From IMG/VR virus record IMGVR_UViG_3300013426_000010, positions 1 through 43,570 of that record: 43,570 bases of DNA, one strand, 5' to 3'. The notes under the pieces were generated by a model. That model was not told the origin of the DNA. It searched no databases and saw only the letters and a program-made list of their open reading frames with translations. This stretch comes from a virus. The translations under genes and the position numbers were made by a program. Positions 14,858 to 22,366 of this stretch are shown here, piece after piece; position 1 is the stretch's first letter, and the number at the start of each line of letters is the position of its first letter.

Positions 14858-15912
14858 GTGAATCATTTATCCTATACACATCAGACTATCAACTAATCGA
14901 GGGGTTGACCGATGCACAAATCGGGCAGCTTTCGAGGGCACTATTCATATACGCTAGGGATGGGGAGGTTGTCAACCTAGACCCAGTGGTGCGCATGGCT
15001 TTCGTATTCATCAAAGATAAGATAGACCGAAATCAAGCCAAGTATGACAAGCGGTGCGAAAGAAATCGCCAGATAGCACTGGAGAGAGAAAAACGTAAGC
15101 GTGAAGCACGACAGAACACGATAGAGCACGAACGTGCACAAACGTGTACGAATGTAAACGGACGTTTACCAGCTAATACGAACGTTTACCTATATGATAG
15201 TGATAGTGATAGTGATAGTGATAGTGATAGTGATGTTAGCAAGCTAACAGATAATAATATTATAGAACCCTCTAAAGAGGCTTCTAAGTCAAAAAGCGGA
15301 GTTTTTGACGCTTCCGCCGCCAAGCCGAAGAAAAGTTCTTCTTTGAAATCCAAGAAGCAGGAAATCGACTTCAAGGCTATCAAGGACTACTGGAACGAGA
15401 AGCATGACGAGACGAACTCGGCGATGCGAAGGCTCACCTTGATGAGCGACCAGCGCAAGAGCAACATTCGTGCAAGGCTGAGGGAGTACGGAGGGGACGT
15501 TACCCAAGTGTACAAGGCAATCGACATCGCCATGCGGTCGGACTTCATGAACGGCAAGAACGGCAAGGGATGGGTCGCCAGCTTCGACTGGATAATGTGC
15601 CCCGCCAACTTCCCGAAGGTACTGGAAGGCAACTATACGGACGAGCGCCCTGCAAGCCAGCAACCGCAGCAAGGGCCGCAAGCCGAGAAAGCCACCTCTA
15701 GACCTAGCCTAGGGGAGCGGTACGAGCAGGCGAAGCATCAGCAAAGGGAGACCGCCACGAACCAAGACGGCAAGTACATGGCGGTTATTTCTTCCATGCT
15801 GGAGGACTTGAAGAAGAACCCAGGCAACAGACCCGCCCAGCAATCCCTCGAGAGATTCTACGAAGCGGGCGTGCTGCAAAGGCTTGGCATTGACTGGAAG
15901 CCCGAGAAATGA
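14854..15912 (+). CDS. Replisome-organiser-like replication protein (N-terminal organiser-type domain, SD-repeat linker, conserved phage C-terminus)
   Basis: The N-terminus FILYTSDYQLIEGLTDAQIGQLSRALFIYARDGE resembles phage replisome-organiser N-terminal domains. The C-terminus RKSNIRARLREYGGDVTQVYKAIDIAMRSDFMNGKNGKGWVASFDWIMCPANFPKVLEGNY resembles the conserved phage C-terminus found in DnaD-like replication proteins. Confidence 0.5.
   Translation: MSESFILYTSDYQLIEGLTDAQIGQLSRALFIYARDGEVVNLDPVVRMAFVFIKDKIDRNQAKYDKRCERNRQIALEREKRKREARQNTIEHERAQTCTNVNGRLPANTNVYLYDSDSDSDSDSDSDVSKLTDNNIIEPSKEASKSKSGVFDASAAKPKKSSSLKSKKQEIDFKAIKDYWNEKHDETNSAMRRLTLMSDQRKSNIRARLREYGGDVTQVYKAIDIAMRSDFMNGKNGKGWVASFDWIMCPANFPKVLEGNYTDERPASQQPQQGPQAEKATSRPSLGERYEQAKHQQRETATNQDGKYMAVISSMLEDLKKNPGNRPAQQSLERFYEAGVLQRLGIDWKPEK
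15196..15237 (+). repeat. Hexanucleotide microsatellite (GATAGT)x6 plus one imperfect unit, encoding (DS)n
   Basis: Direct reading of gatagt x6 then gatgtt. In frame within 14854..15912 (YDSDSDSDSDSDSDV). Confidence 0.95.
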
Positions 15913-15929
15913 CGAATAAGGGCAAAATT

Positions 15930-15949
15930 AGCCGTTCTGACGGCTTTTT
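15930..15949 (+). terminator. Rho-independent terminator
   Basis: AGCCGTtctgACGGCT followed by TTTT, 18 nt after the stop at 15912. Confidence 0.6.
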
Positions 15950-16035
15950 AGCCCGAAAACATAAAATTTACATCTAGTGAGTTTTAAGCGCACAGAGCGC
16001 AAAAGAACAAGCAAAAAAACTAAAATTAAACGATT

Positions 16036-16326
16036 ATGGCAAATTACAATTCAGTTAGCATCGACTTGGAGGACATTTTCTCCAACATGGAGACGGAAGA
16101 CCAGAAGGAGTTCCTCTCCGACATGTTTTACAAACTTCCAGAGGACGACGAGAAGGAGGTGGTCAAGAATGGCATGAACGTCCTTATGAGCAGCACGGCG
16201 GTTGATGTGGTTGTCGAGACCTTCGAGGACATGGACAAGGCAGACCAGAAAGAAACCGCCGAGCGCATCGTGGACGCACTGACCGATGTTCAGCGCATGG
16301 AACTTAAGGAATACTTGGAGGATTGA
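16036..16326 (+). CDS. Small highly acidic protein
   Basis: 96 aa. By my count about 27 residues are D/E against about 9 K/R. Confidence 0.55.
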   Translation: MANYNSVSIDLEDIFSNMETEDQKEFLSDMFYKLPEDDEKEVVKNGMNVLMSSTAVDVVVETFEDMDKADQKETAERIVDALTDVQRMELKEYLED

Positions 16327-16329
16327 CCT

Positions 16330-16587
16330 ATGAAGCAAGGCGAGTTTATCATCATCACCAAGCCCGAGGACATGGATAAGTTCTTTCCTGTGGGCACGAA
16401 GTTGCAGCTTCCGCATATGAAGGTCGAGGTCGTGACTGACCCGCTTGCCGTCTTTCCTGCCTGCAAGGGTTGTCCGTTCGACAGCTGGGACGAGGAAATG
16501 AGTGACTACTGTCTGAATGCAGTTTGCAGAAACATGGGCGAAGACGGAAAGGCCGAGTTCATCAAGTTCAAGAAGTTGGAGGGCTAG
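16330..16587 (+). CDS. Small Cys-rich protein (paralogue of the next gene)
   Basis: FPVGTKLQL..VEVV...CKGCPF...C..AVCRN..EDG...FIKFKKLE. Confidence 0.5.
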   Translation: MKQGEFIIITKPEDMDKFFPVGTKLQLPHMKVEVVTDPLAVFPACKGCPFDSWDEEMSDYCLNAVCRNMGEDGKAEFIKFKKLEG

Positions 16588-16590
16588 GCT

Positions 16591-16818
16591 ATGGGAATGA
16601 AGAATAAGGTTTTCAAGGTCAGAGACGAGGGAATCAGCGTTGATTACCCCATCGGTCAGGAACTAGATATTCGTGGTGCCATCTGCAAGGTGGTGGAGTT
16701 CAAGGTCAACAAATGTTGCGCCCTTTATTGCGAGGGGTACGGAATGTGCCGCAGCCTTGCGTGCTCTGAGCATGAGAGAAACGACAACAGAAACGTGATA
16801 TTCCAAAAAGTGAAATAG
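16591..16818 (+). CDS. Small Cys-rich protein (paralogue of the previous gene)
   Basis: YPIGQELDI..CKVVEF..CCALYC...C..LACSE.ERNDNRNVIFQKVK follows the same pattern as 16330..16587. Confidence 0.5.
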   Translation: MGMKNKVFKVRDEGISVDYPIGQELDIRGAICKVVEFKVNKCCALYCEGYGMCRSLACSEHERNDNRNVIFQKVK

Positions 16819-16820
16819 CT

Positions 16821-17306
16821 ATGGAAGAAAAGAGATTGTTCTATCATGAGTGCCGTGCTGCAGGGCTGGTGTTCAAGACCGTGGACGAGTGGACCGCATG
16901 GCTGGTCGCAAATGGCAATGACGTGCGAAAGGTGGTCGCCGAGCATGACGGATTCAAGTACAACGTCAACGACGTTTGCGTAAACCCTCATGTTCCCGCT
17001 GGCTACAAGATTGACGAGTACCATCATTTTGAGGTCAGGACCGCCAAGACGCAGTTCGGGTGGACGTGGGGCTACAACATCACGATGGCAACGAGCGGAA
17101 GTTCCGCACCTGCAAGCTACCCGAGTCGATATGACAACACGGCTATATTCTACGAGACCGAGGGGCAGGCTGCGCAAGATGCCCTTTCCTTCATCATCAG
17201 ACAACTGGAGGGGAAGCCGAAGACAAAAAGCACTTCGATGATGTTGTACTATGCAAAGAAGCAGAGAGCGGACATCGTGCATCCCCAGCAGGAACTATTC
17301 AAGTAA
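16821..17306 (+). CDS. Hypothetical protein
   Basis: 161-aa ORF, 2 nt after the previous stop. Confidence 0.55.
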   Translation: MEEKRLFYHECRAAGLVFKTVDEWTAWLVANGNDVRKVVAEHDGFKYNVNDVCVNPHVPAGYKIDEYHHFEVRTAKTQFGWTWGYNITMATSGSSAPASYPSRYDNTAIFYETEGQAAQDALSFIIRQLEGKPKTKSTSMMLYYAKKQRADIVHPQQELFK

Positions 17307-17315
17307 CAACAAAAA

Positions 17316-17426
17316 ATGCTTCGGATCATGGAGATAAGTTTTTTAATCATCATGGTTTGCCTTGTGGCGATGGCTGGCACCGTGCTGGCAATCATCAAGG
17401 GCGAATCGGAACACAAGAGAAAGTGA
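17316..17426 (+). CDS. 36-aa single-TM peptide (below the ORF-track cutoff)
   Basis: My translation: MLRIMEISFLIIMVCLVAMAGTVLAIIKGESEHKRK. Confidence 0.3.
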   Translation: MLRIMEISFLIIMVCLVAMAGTVLAIIKGESEHKRK

Positions 17427-17556
17427 GAACATGAGAATCAAGGTTAAGTACTGCGACTATTCGGTTGTGGGGGGGTAATGACCCTAGACGTTAACGAGGA
17501 GGACTTGAAGGAAGCCCTTTCCTCAAAGTTGAACAAGATTAAAAACTGGTTTTAGT

Positions 17557-18345
17557 ATGCCAAGAAATAGAAGAAGGTTAGTTAAGAAAACTATGGAGCA
17601 GAACAACATCAATATCGCGGCAATCCTAGAAGGGATGCCAAAGGGCACAAAGTTGTATTCGCCGATGTGCGGCTTGTGCTTTCTAGACAAGGCAGAGACA
17701 TGCGAAGACCCGACGCAAGCAACGGTTGAGGTTTTTGATGCCTATAATGCAAGATACGCATTCGACAACTTCGGAAAGTACACCGATGAGGGCGAGGTAA
17801 TGCTTTTTCCTTCCAAGGAAATGAGAGACTGGCAGAAGTTTGCGGAGCAGATGAAGCCACGTTTCGAACTCGGCAAGTTGTATTTCTTTACTGAGGAAGA
17901 TGAGGACGGAGTGCTGAACATCATAGGTGAGTTGATTGGTAAGAACGAGGGCGAGGACACTTTGACCTTTGGCAACCAGCTGGAGATTGACGTTGAGAAT
18001 TTCGTGACTGACCAAGCCTTCGACCTTCGCATCAGCGCACACAAGGAGTTGAGAGAAGCAACCGAGGAGGAATGCCAGCATTTCAAGAACGCAAAGGAGC
18101 GTTGGAAGAACAGTTTCAAGGCGCACAAGTTCAAGACCTTCGAGGAGGTGCTTGTGCGAAACAATGATGAATGCAAGTGGTTTCCTGCCATCTTTGTTCG
18201 TGACCGTGGAAAGGAAACTGAATATCGGTATAATGTAGTAACCTTGCATAGCGGAAATGCTGGAGACTACGTCCAATGCATCCCTTACGAGAAGCATGAG
18301 CATCTAGCCTTCACTGCAGACCCCGAGGACACTCTTCCGTTCTAG
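17557..18345 (+). CDS. Hypothetical 262-aa protein
   Basis: Long ORF with no motif I recognise. An alternative start is MEQNN at 17593. Confidence 0.6.
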   Translation: MPRNRRRLVKKTMEQNNINIAAILEGMPKGTKLYSPMCGLCFLDKAETCEDPTQATVEVFDAYNARYAFDNFGKYTDEGEVMLFPSKEMRDWQKFAEQMKPRFELGKLYFFTEEDEDGVLNIIGELIGKNEGEDTLTFGNQLEIDVENFVTDQAFDLRISAHKELREATEEECQHFKNAKERWKNSFKAHKFKTFEEVLVRNNDECKWFPAIFVRDRGKETEYRYNVVTLHSGNAGDYVQCIPYEKHEHLAFTADPEDTLPF

Positions 18346-18368
18346 GTAAACAGAAATGTGGTTTTGGA

Positions 18369-18509
18369 ATGGCGAGCGAGATATGTAAGGCTTGCGGACT
18401 GGGGCGCAACTGCATAAACGGCAGGTGGTGCCCAGTCCGTGGGCAATATGTTGAACATTTGAAAATCAAGGAGTGCAATGACCGAGGAACAGAGAAGAAA
18501 GAAGCGTGA
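18369..18509 (+). CDS. Possible 46-aa Cys-rich peptide
   Basis: My translation: MASEICKACGLGRNCINGRWCPVRGQYVEHLKIKECNDRGTEKKEA. It overlaps the next ORF by 32 nt. Confidence 0.25.
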   Translation: MASEICKACGLGRNCINGRWCPVRGQYVEHLKIKECNDRGTEKKEA

Positions 18510-18831
18510 GTACATGCGCCAATATAGGGAGCGCAACCACGGAGAGTTGAAGGAGAAACTGAAGAAGGACTATTCGACCAGAGTGCGTAAGGACGGCATG
18601 ACGGTACAAGAGTACTATAAGAAGTACTACGTCCTTCATCGTGACCAGATAAGGCAGACCGCAAAGAGATGGAGGGAGCGCAACCCCGAGAAGGTCAAGG
18701 CTAACAACGCCCGAAACTACGCAAGGCGCAGGGCTGAGCGAATCGCCAGACAAGGAGGGGGAGAGATGCCTAACACCGACAAGGCGAAGGCTCTGTTCAA
18801 GAATCCTGCCATGGCGGCGCACTTCCAGTGA
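18478..18831 (+). CDS. Hypothetical highly basic protein with internal repeats
   Basis: 117 aa, with repeated R-x-Y-x-E-R-N-x-E-K-like segments (REYMRQYRERNHGELKEK and AKRWRERNPEKVKAN). Confidence 0.5.
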   Translation: MTEEQRRKKREYMRQYRERNHGELKEKLKKDYSTRVRKDGMTVQEYYKKYYVLHRDQIRQTAKRWRERNPEKVKANNARNYARRRAERIARQGGGEMPNTDKAKALFKNPAMAAHFQ

Positions 18832-19197
18832 CTCATTGACAAGGCGAAAGCCAGGAATGAAGAGAAATCCATTTGAATTAAGATAGACAACTAGAGTAAA
18901 CAACAAGCGAGGAACTAGAGAACGGCAGGCTGTAGATAACATGAAGTTTAACAACAAAATGGGTGCGGAAAGGCGCATCCGAGATACTAGATGTTTTGTT
19001 ATTCTAAACCGAGTGTGCTTTATTATTAATTTGACCCCACGGAAAGACGTGAGCCGATTCCTAGTCCGACTACAAGCCAAGAAAGCGAGGTGGTACATGA
19101 AGTAAGATTAAAACAAGCTAAGTGAAAATAACATCTTCATCTTTTCTCGGGGACGTGCAGGCAAAATGACGAAAATATTCTCGTTCGGTAAACTTCT

Positions 19198-19205
19198 TAT
19201 TTTTG
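19198..19205 (+). promoter_or_regulatory. Candidate -7 box TATTTTTG
   Basis: Matches TAnnTTTG, about 230 nt upstream of the resolvase ATG. No clear -33 box. Confidence 0.3.
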
Positions 19206-19432
19206 CAGGGCCGCACGTTCCCGATATTTTTGTTCCATCAAAAGGGCAAAACATGGAGAGGGGGATTATAGGGGGTGAGGTCGTAGGCGCATATAAGCGC
19301 ATGTGCGTGCGCAAAGCCATCGAGACCATAAACTATACCACCAACGAAAGAAAACCGCATGTGCGGCAAATTCGAGAAAAATAACTGTGCCAAAAAGAGC
19401 GAAAGAACAAAAAAGAATATAAAACAAGAGAC

Positions 19433-19981
19433 ATGAATCTGAAAGATAAAATCAAGATGGACGAAAACCAAAAGAGAGTTAAGCGTGAATTAATAATCGC
19501 CATCGACCCAGATAACAACGAGAGCGGAGTGGGAATGGTCTACACTGAGACCACGCAAGCCATGGCGGCAAAGATGAAGTTCCCGAAATTGATTGAGTAT
19601 CTGAGGGAGACCATCAGAACCAAGCCAAGAGGATATTTCAAGGTCGTAATCGAGGGCGGCTGGCTGAACGAATCCAACTGGCACATAAAGCAATCGTGCA
19701 GATACGTGAGAGACAAGGAAGCCCGAGCCGCGGCAATCGGACGTTCAACCGGTATGAATCACCAGACGGGCATCTTGATACAAGAGTACTGCGACTATCT
19801 AGGAATCGACTATTCGGTTGTTTATCCTTTGAAAAAGTGCTGGAAGGGCAAGGACGGAAAAATAACGCAGGACGAGATGAAACAGTTCATCCCGAACCTT
19901 CCAAGGATGAACCAAGACGAGCGTGACGCACTCCTGCTGGCGTGGGTCTACGCCGATTTGCCTATCAAGATGAAAGGATAA
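19433..19981 (+). CDS. RuvC-like Holliday junction resolvase
   Basis: LIIAIDPDNNESGVGMV (first catalytic Asp block) and NQDERDALLLAWV (terminal Asp block) fit the RuvC/RNase H-fold resolvase pattern. Confidence 0.65.
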   Translation: MNLKDKIKMDENQKRVKRELIIAIDPDNNESGVGMVYTETTQAMAAKMKFPKLIEYLRETIRTKPRGYFKVVIEGGWLNESNWHIKQSCRYVRDKEARAAAIGRSTGMNHQTGILIQEYCDYLGIDYSVVYPLKKCWKGKDGKITQDEMKQFIPNLPRMNQDERDALLLAWVYADLPIKMKG

Positions 19982-20030
19982 ATTACGTTAAAAATAACCG
20001 CAAACGCAAACAAAGTGAACCGAAAAGTCG

Positions 20031-20038
20031 TACCTTTG
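20031..20038 (+). promoter_or_regulatory. Candidate -7 box TACCTTTG
   Basis: Matches TAnnTTTG, 62 nt upstream of the ParB-like ATG. Confidence 0.35.
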
Positions 20039-20099
20039 TGCGTGTTCCGTGAACAAGTGTTCTTCGGACATATAGAAACTAAGCAAAAAATCGAAAGAT

Positions 20100-20984
20100 A
20101 TGCAGACGGAAGAAATCGCACTCTCTCGGTTGTCTGAGAACAAGGAGAACCCGAGAACCATAACAACGGAGAAGTTCCAGAAGTTGGTTAAGTCGCTTCT
20201 GGTCTTTCCTCGTATGCTGACCCTTCGCCCGATAGTCGTTGATAACACGATGAAGGTGCTGGGCGGCAATATGCGCCTAAAGGCTTTGAAGCACATCGTG
20301 AGCATGGACAAGGACACATTGCGCCTTACCATTGCCAACGATGAAACCAACAAGTTCACGGAAGGCGAGGTGCAGAACTTGGTGGGCTACTGGATGGACT
20401 GGCGGAAGAAACCAGTGGCGACAATCATCAACGCCAACGACCTAACCGAGAGCCAAAAGCGTGAGTTCATCATCAAGGACAACGTGGGCTTCGGAGACTG
20501 GGACACAAACATGCTGGCGAACGAGTGGGATGCCGATGTGCTCAAAGACTGGGGCATGGAGGAATGGCAACTTGAAGGGACCGCACCCGATGAGGACAAA
20601 GAAGGAGAGGACGACGATAACTCGGAGAACAACTATGAGAGAAAGATAGTCGCACCTATCTACGAGCCGCAGGACGGAGAGGTTTCTTTGTCAGAATGCT
20701 ATGATACCACCAAGACGGACGCATTGATTTCTGCGATTGATGCTTCGGATCTAGACGAGCAAACAAAAACTTTCTTGAAGGTGGCCGCATATCGACACGC
20801 CAAGTTCAACTACGAGAGGGTTGCGGACTTCTATGCCAAGGCACCGAAGGAGGTACAGGAACTGATGGAGGACTCTGCACTCGTTATTGTGGACTTCAAC
20901 AAAGCCATCGAGGACGGTTTCGTCAAGATTAGCAAGGATTTCATGGAACAATACGGAAAGGAGCACGGAAATGACGCAGGATGA
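20100..20984 (+). CDS. ParB N-terminal (ParB/sulfiredoxin-like nuclease) domain protein with acidic linker and helical C-terminal domain
   Basis: IALSRLSENKENPRTITTEKFQKLVKSLLVFPRMLTLRPIVVDNTMKVLGGNMRLKAL matches the ParBc pattern (L..NP.NPR.i....l..L..Si......PivV.....vi.GN.Rl.A). Confidence 0.7.
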   Translation: MQTEEIALSRLSENKENPRTITTEKFQKLVKSLLVFPRMLTLRPIVVDNTMKVLGGNMRLKALKHIVSMDKDTLRLTIANDETNKFTEGEVQNLVGYWMDWRKKPVATIINANDLTESQKREFIIKDNVGFGDWDTNMLANEWDADVLKDWGMEEWQLEGTAPDEDKEGEDDDNSENNYERKIVAPIYEPQDGEVSLSECYDTTKTDALISAIDASDLDEQTKTFLKVAAYRHAKFNYERVADFYAKAPKEVQELMEDSALVIVDFNKAIEDGFVKISKDFMEQYGKEHGNDAG

Positions 20985-21843
20985 ATTTAGAGAGAATTTT
21001 GTCGCCTTCATCCTAACGCACGGAAGGGCTGACAACGTAATGACATACAAGACCGCCCGAAAGGCTGGCTACACTGGCCGTATCGTGCTGGTTCTTGATG
21101 ATGAGGACGAACAACGAGAGCAATACTTCGCCATCTACGGAAAGGAAAATTGCTACGTGTTCAACAAGCAAAGGTACGTGGAGAGTACCGACAACATCAT
21201 GAAGGGAAGCAGGGGAGTGATAGTTTACGCCAGGAACGCTTGTTTCGACATCGCTGAGGAATTGGGCTACAAGTACTTTATCGAGCTAGACGATGATTAT
21301 TACGAGTTCTCATGGAAGTTCGATGAGCGAGGGAGATTCAAGCAAAGGCACATTCTAGATTTAAACTTCGTTTGGCGCAGGATGCTGGAATACTTTCTTT
21401 CGTGTCCGTTCACTACGCTAGCCATGGCACAATGCGGCGACTTTGTGGGGGGGCGAGAAAACCAGATGGCTAGAACCATCGGGACAAAGCGAAAGGCGAT
21501 GAACTCATTCATTTGCTCTACAGATAGAAGGTTTCAGTTTGTTGGACGCATCAATGAAGACGTGAATACGTACATATGGCTATCGACACAAGGAAAAATC
21601 TTTCTTACGTTGGCGCAGGTCGTTCTGAACCAAGAAATGACCCAGACCAACAAGGGAGGAATGAGCGAGGCATATTGGGGAGAGGGTACGTTTCAAAAAT
21701 CCTTTTCATCCGTGATAGTTTGCCCGAGCGCAGTTAAAATGGGAATGATGGGGAACATCAACAGACGTTTGCACCACAACGTTCAATGGAAATGCGTAAC
21801 GCCCATGATAGTTTCGGAGAAATGGAAAAAGGCAGGAGATTAA
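20971..21843 (+). CDS. GT-A-fold-like glycosyltransferase candidate (DxD motif), function unknown
   Basis: The start is taken at ATG 20971 (MTQDEF), overlapping the ParB-like stop by 14 nt. VAFILTHGRADN (beta1-like), YFIELDDDYYEF (DxD) and FVGRINEDVNTY (ED) are arranged as in GT-A folds. Contains a G7 run at 21447-21453. Confidence 0.45.
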   Translation: MTQDEFRENFVAFILTHGRADNVMTYKTARKAGYTGRIVLVLDDEDEQREQYFAIYGKENCYVFNKQRYVESTDNIMKGSRGVIVYARNACFDIAEELGYKYFIELDDDYYEFSWKFDERGRFKQRHILDLNFVWRRMLEYFLSCPFTTLAMAQCGDFVGGRENQMARTIGTKRKAMNSFICSTDRRFQFVGRINEDVNTYIWLSTQGKIFLTLAQVVLNQEMTQTNKGGMSEAYWGEGTFQKSFSSVIVCPSAVKMGMMGNINRRLHHNVQWKCVTPMIVSEKWKKAGD

Positions 21844-21851
21844 CCCCTGCC
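21831..21851. terminator. Hairpin whose loop contains the two overlapping convergent stop codons (bidirectional terminator candidate)
   Basis: GGCAGGagattaaccCCTGCC. The + gene stop TAA is at 21841-21843 and the - gene stop is at 21840-21842. The minus strand continues with a T-rich run. Confidence 0.45.
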
Positions 21852-22034
21852 GATTGCTTTCAAAATGCACTGGTTGATGAAGTCGCTGCGGTCTTTCTTG
21901 TCTAGACTGTCCAGATAGTCCGCTACTTCTTGGACCGCCCCGAAATAGAAGGTGCTGGCGTACTTCTTTGTTCGTCCCGCACCCTTTCGGGCACCGCCCC
22001 AGTTGGTCTTAGATGATTCTTTTTCTGTGCTCAT
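21840..22034 (-). CDS. Ribbon-helix-helix-like small DNA-binding protein (paralogue of 6835..6993)
   Basis: WGGARKGAGRTKKYASTFYFGAVQEVADYLDSLDKKDRSDFINQCILKAI aligns with KKGGGRTLKYMNIGIDADLLPVLDKVDNKTRFINQAIREY. Confidence 0.5.
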   Translation of the reverse strand: MSTEKESSKTNWGGARKGAGRTKKYASTFYFGAVQEVADYLDSLDKKDRSDFINQCILKAIGRG

Positions 22035-22061
22035 AACGTTAAAAATTTGGTTGTATGAAAA

Positions 22062-22077
22062 TAAATTTGTAAATTTG
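22062..22077 (+). promoter_or_regulatory. Tandem -7 boxes TAAATTTG TAAATTTG
   Basis: Two abutting TAnnTTTG matches, about 290 nt upstream of the small terminase gene. Confidence 0.35.
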
Positions 22078-22264
22078 CAAACGAAATGCCAAAGTGAGGG
22101 TTGCGGTAGTGCTAGTACCGTTCCCCTCTTGAAAAATCAAAACTCTTTCTAGAGTTCAACCGTTAAGGTTATTTTGATTTTCCAAATCCGAATTGAAATG
22201 TAGGTTCTCATTTGGACTTTGGTATTTCATTTTCCCTACTCTCTTGGAGGTTTTCGGAATCCCC

Positions 22265-22291
22265 TTTGTAATCTCTCATTGATTACGTTTG
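22265..22291 (+). promoter_or_regulatory. Candidate late promoter (-33 TTTG 22265-22268, -7 TACGTTTG 22284-22291)
   Basis: Consensus words are present but the spacing is 15 nt, shorter than usual. It lies 75 nt upstream of terS. Confidence 0.35.
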
Positions 22292-22366
22292 CAAAGATAC
22301 AAAAAATATTTGAATTAACCAAACTTTTCAAGATGAAATTTTATAAAATATCAAAATAATTCAAAT

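Noticed and set aside
17609-18303. Three nested minus-strand ORFs (17609..17860, 17683..18303, 17742..18191)
   Set aside because: They are antisense shadows of the 262-aa + strand ORF in a region where every neighbouring gene is on the + strand.
18466-19098. 210-aa minus-strand ORF
   Set aside because: It is L/S/R-rich with no start context, overlaps the better + strand ORF 18478..18831 antisense, and continues into a region with hairpins. It is most likely a chance open frame.
18941-19384. Small ORFs 18941..19105 (54 aa) and 19166..19384 (72 aa; or 43 aa from ATG 19253)
   Set aside because: They have no coupling to neighbours, odd composition, and overlap hairpins and a putative -7 box. 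They are kept only as a note within the non-coding-gap finding.
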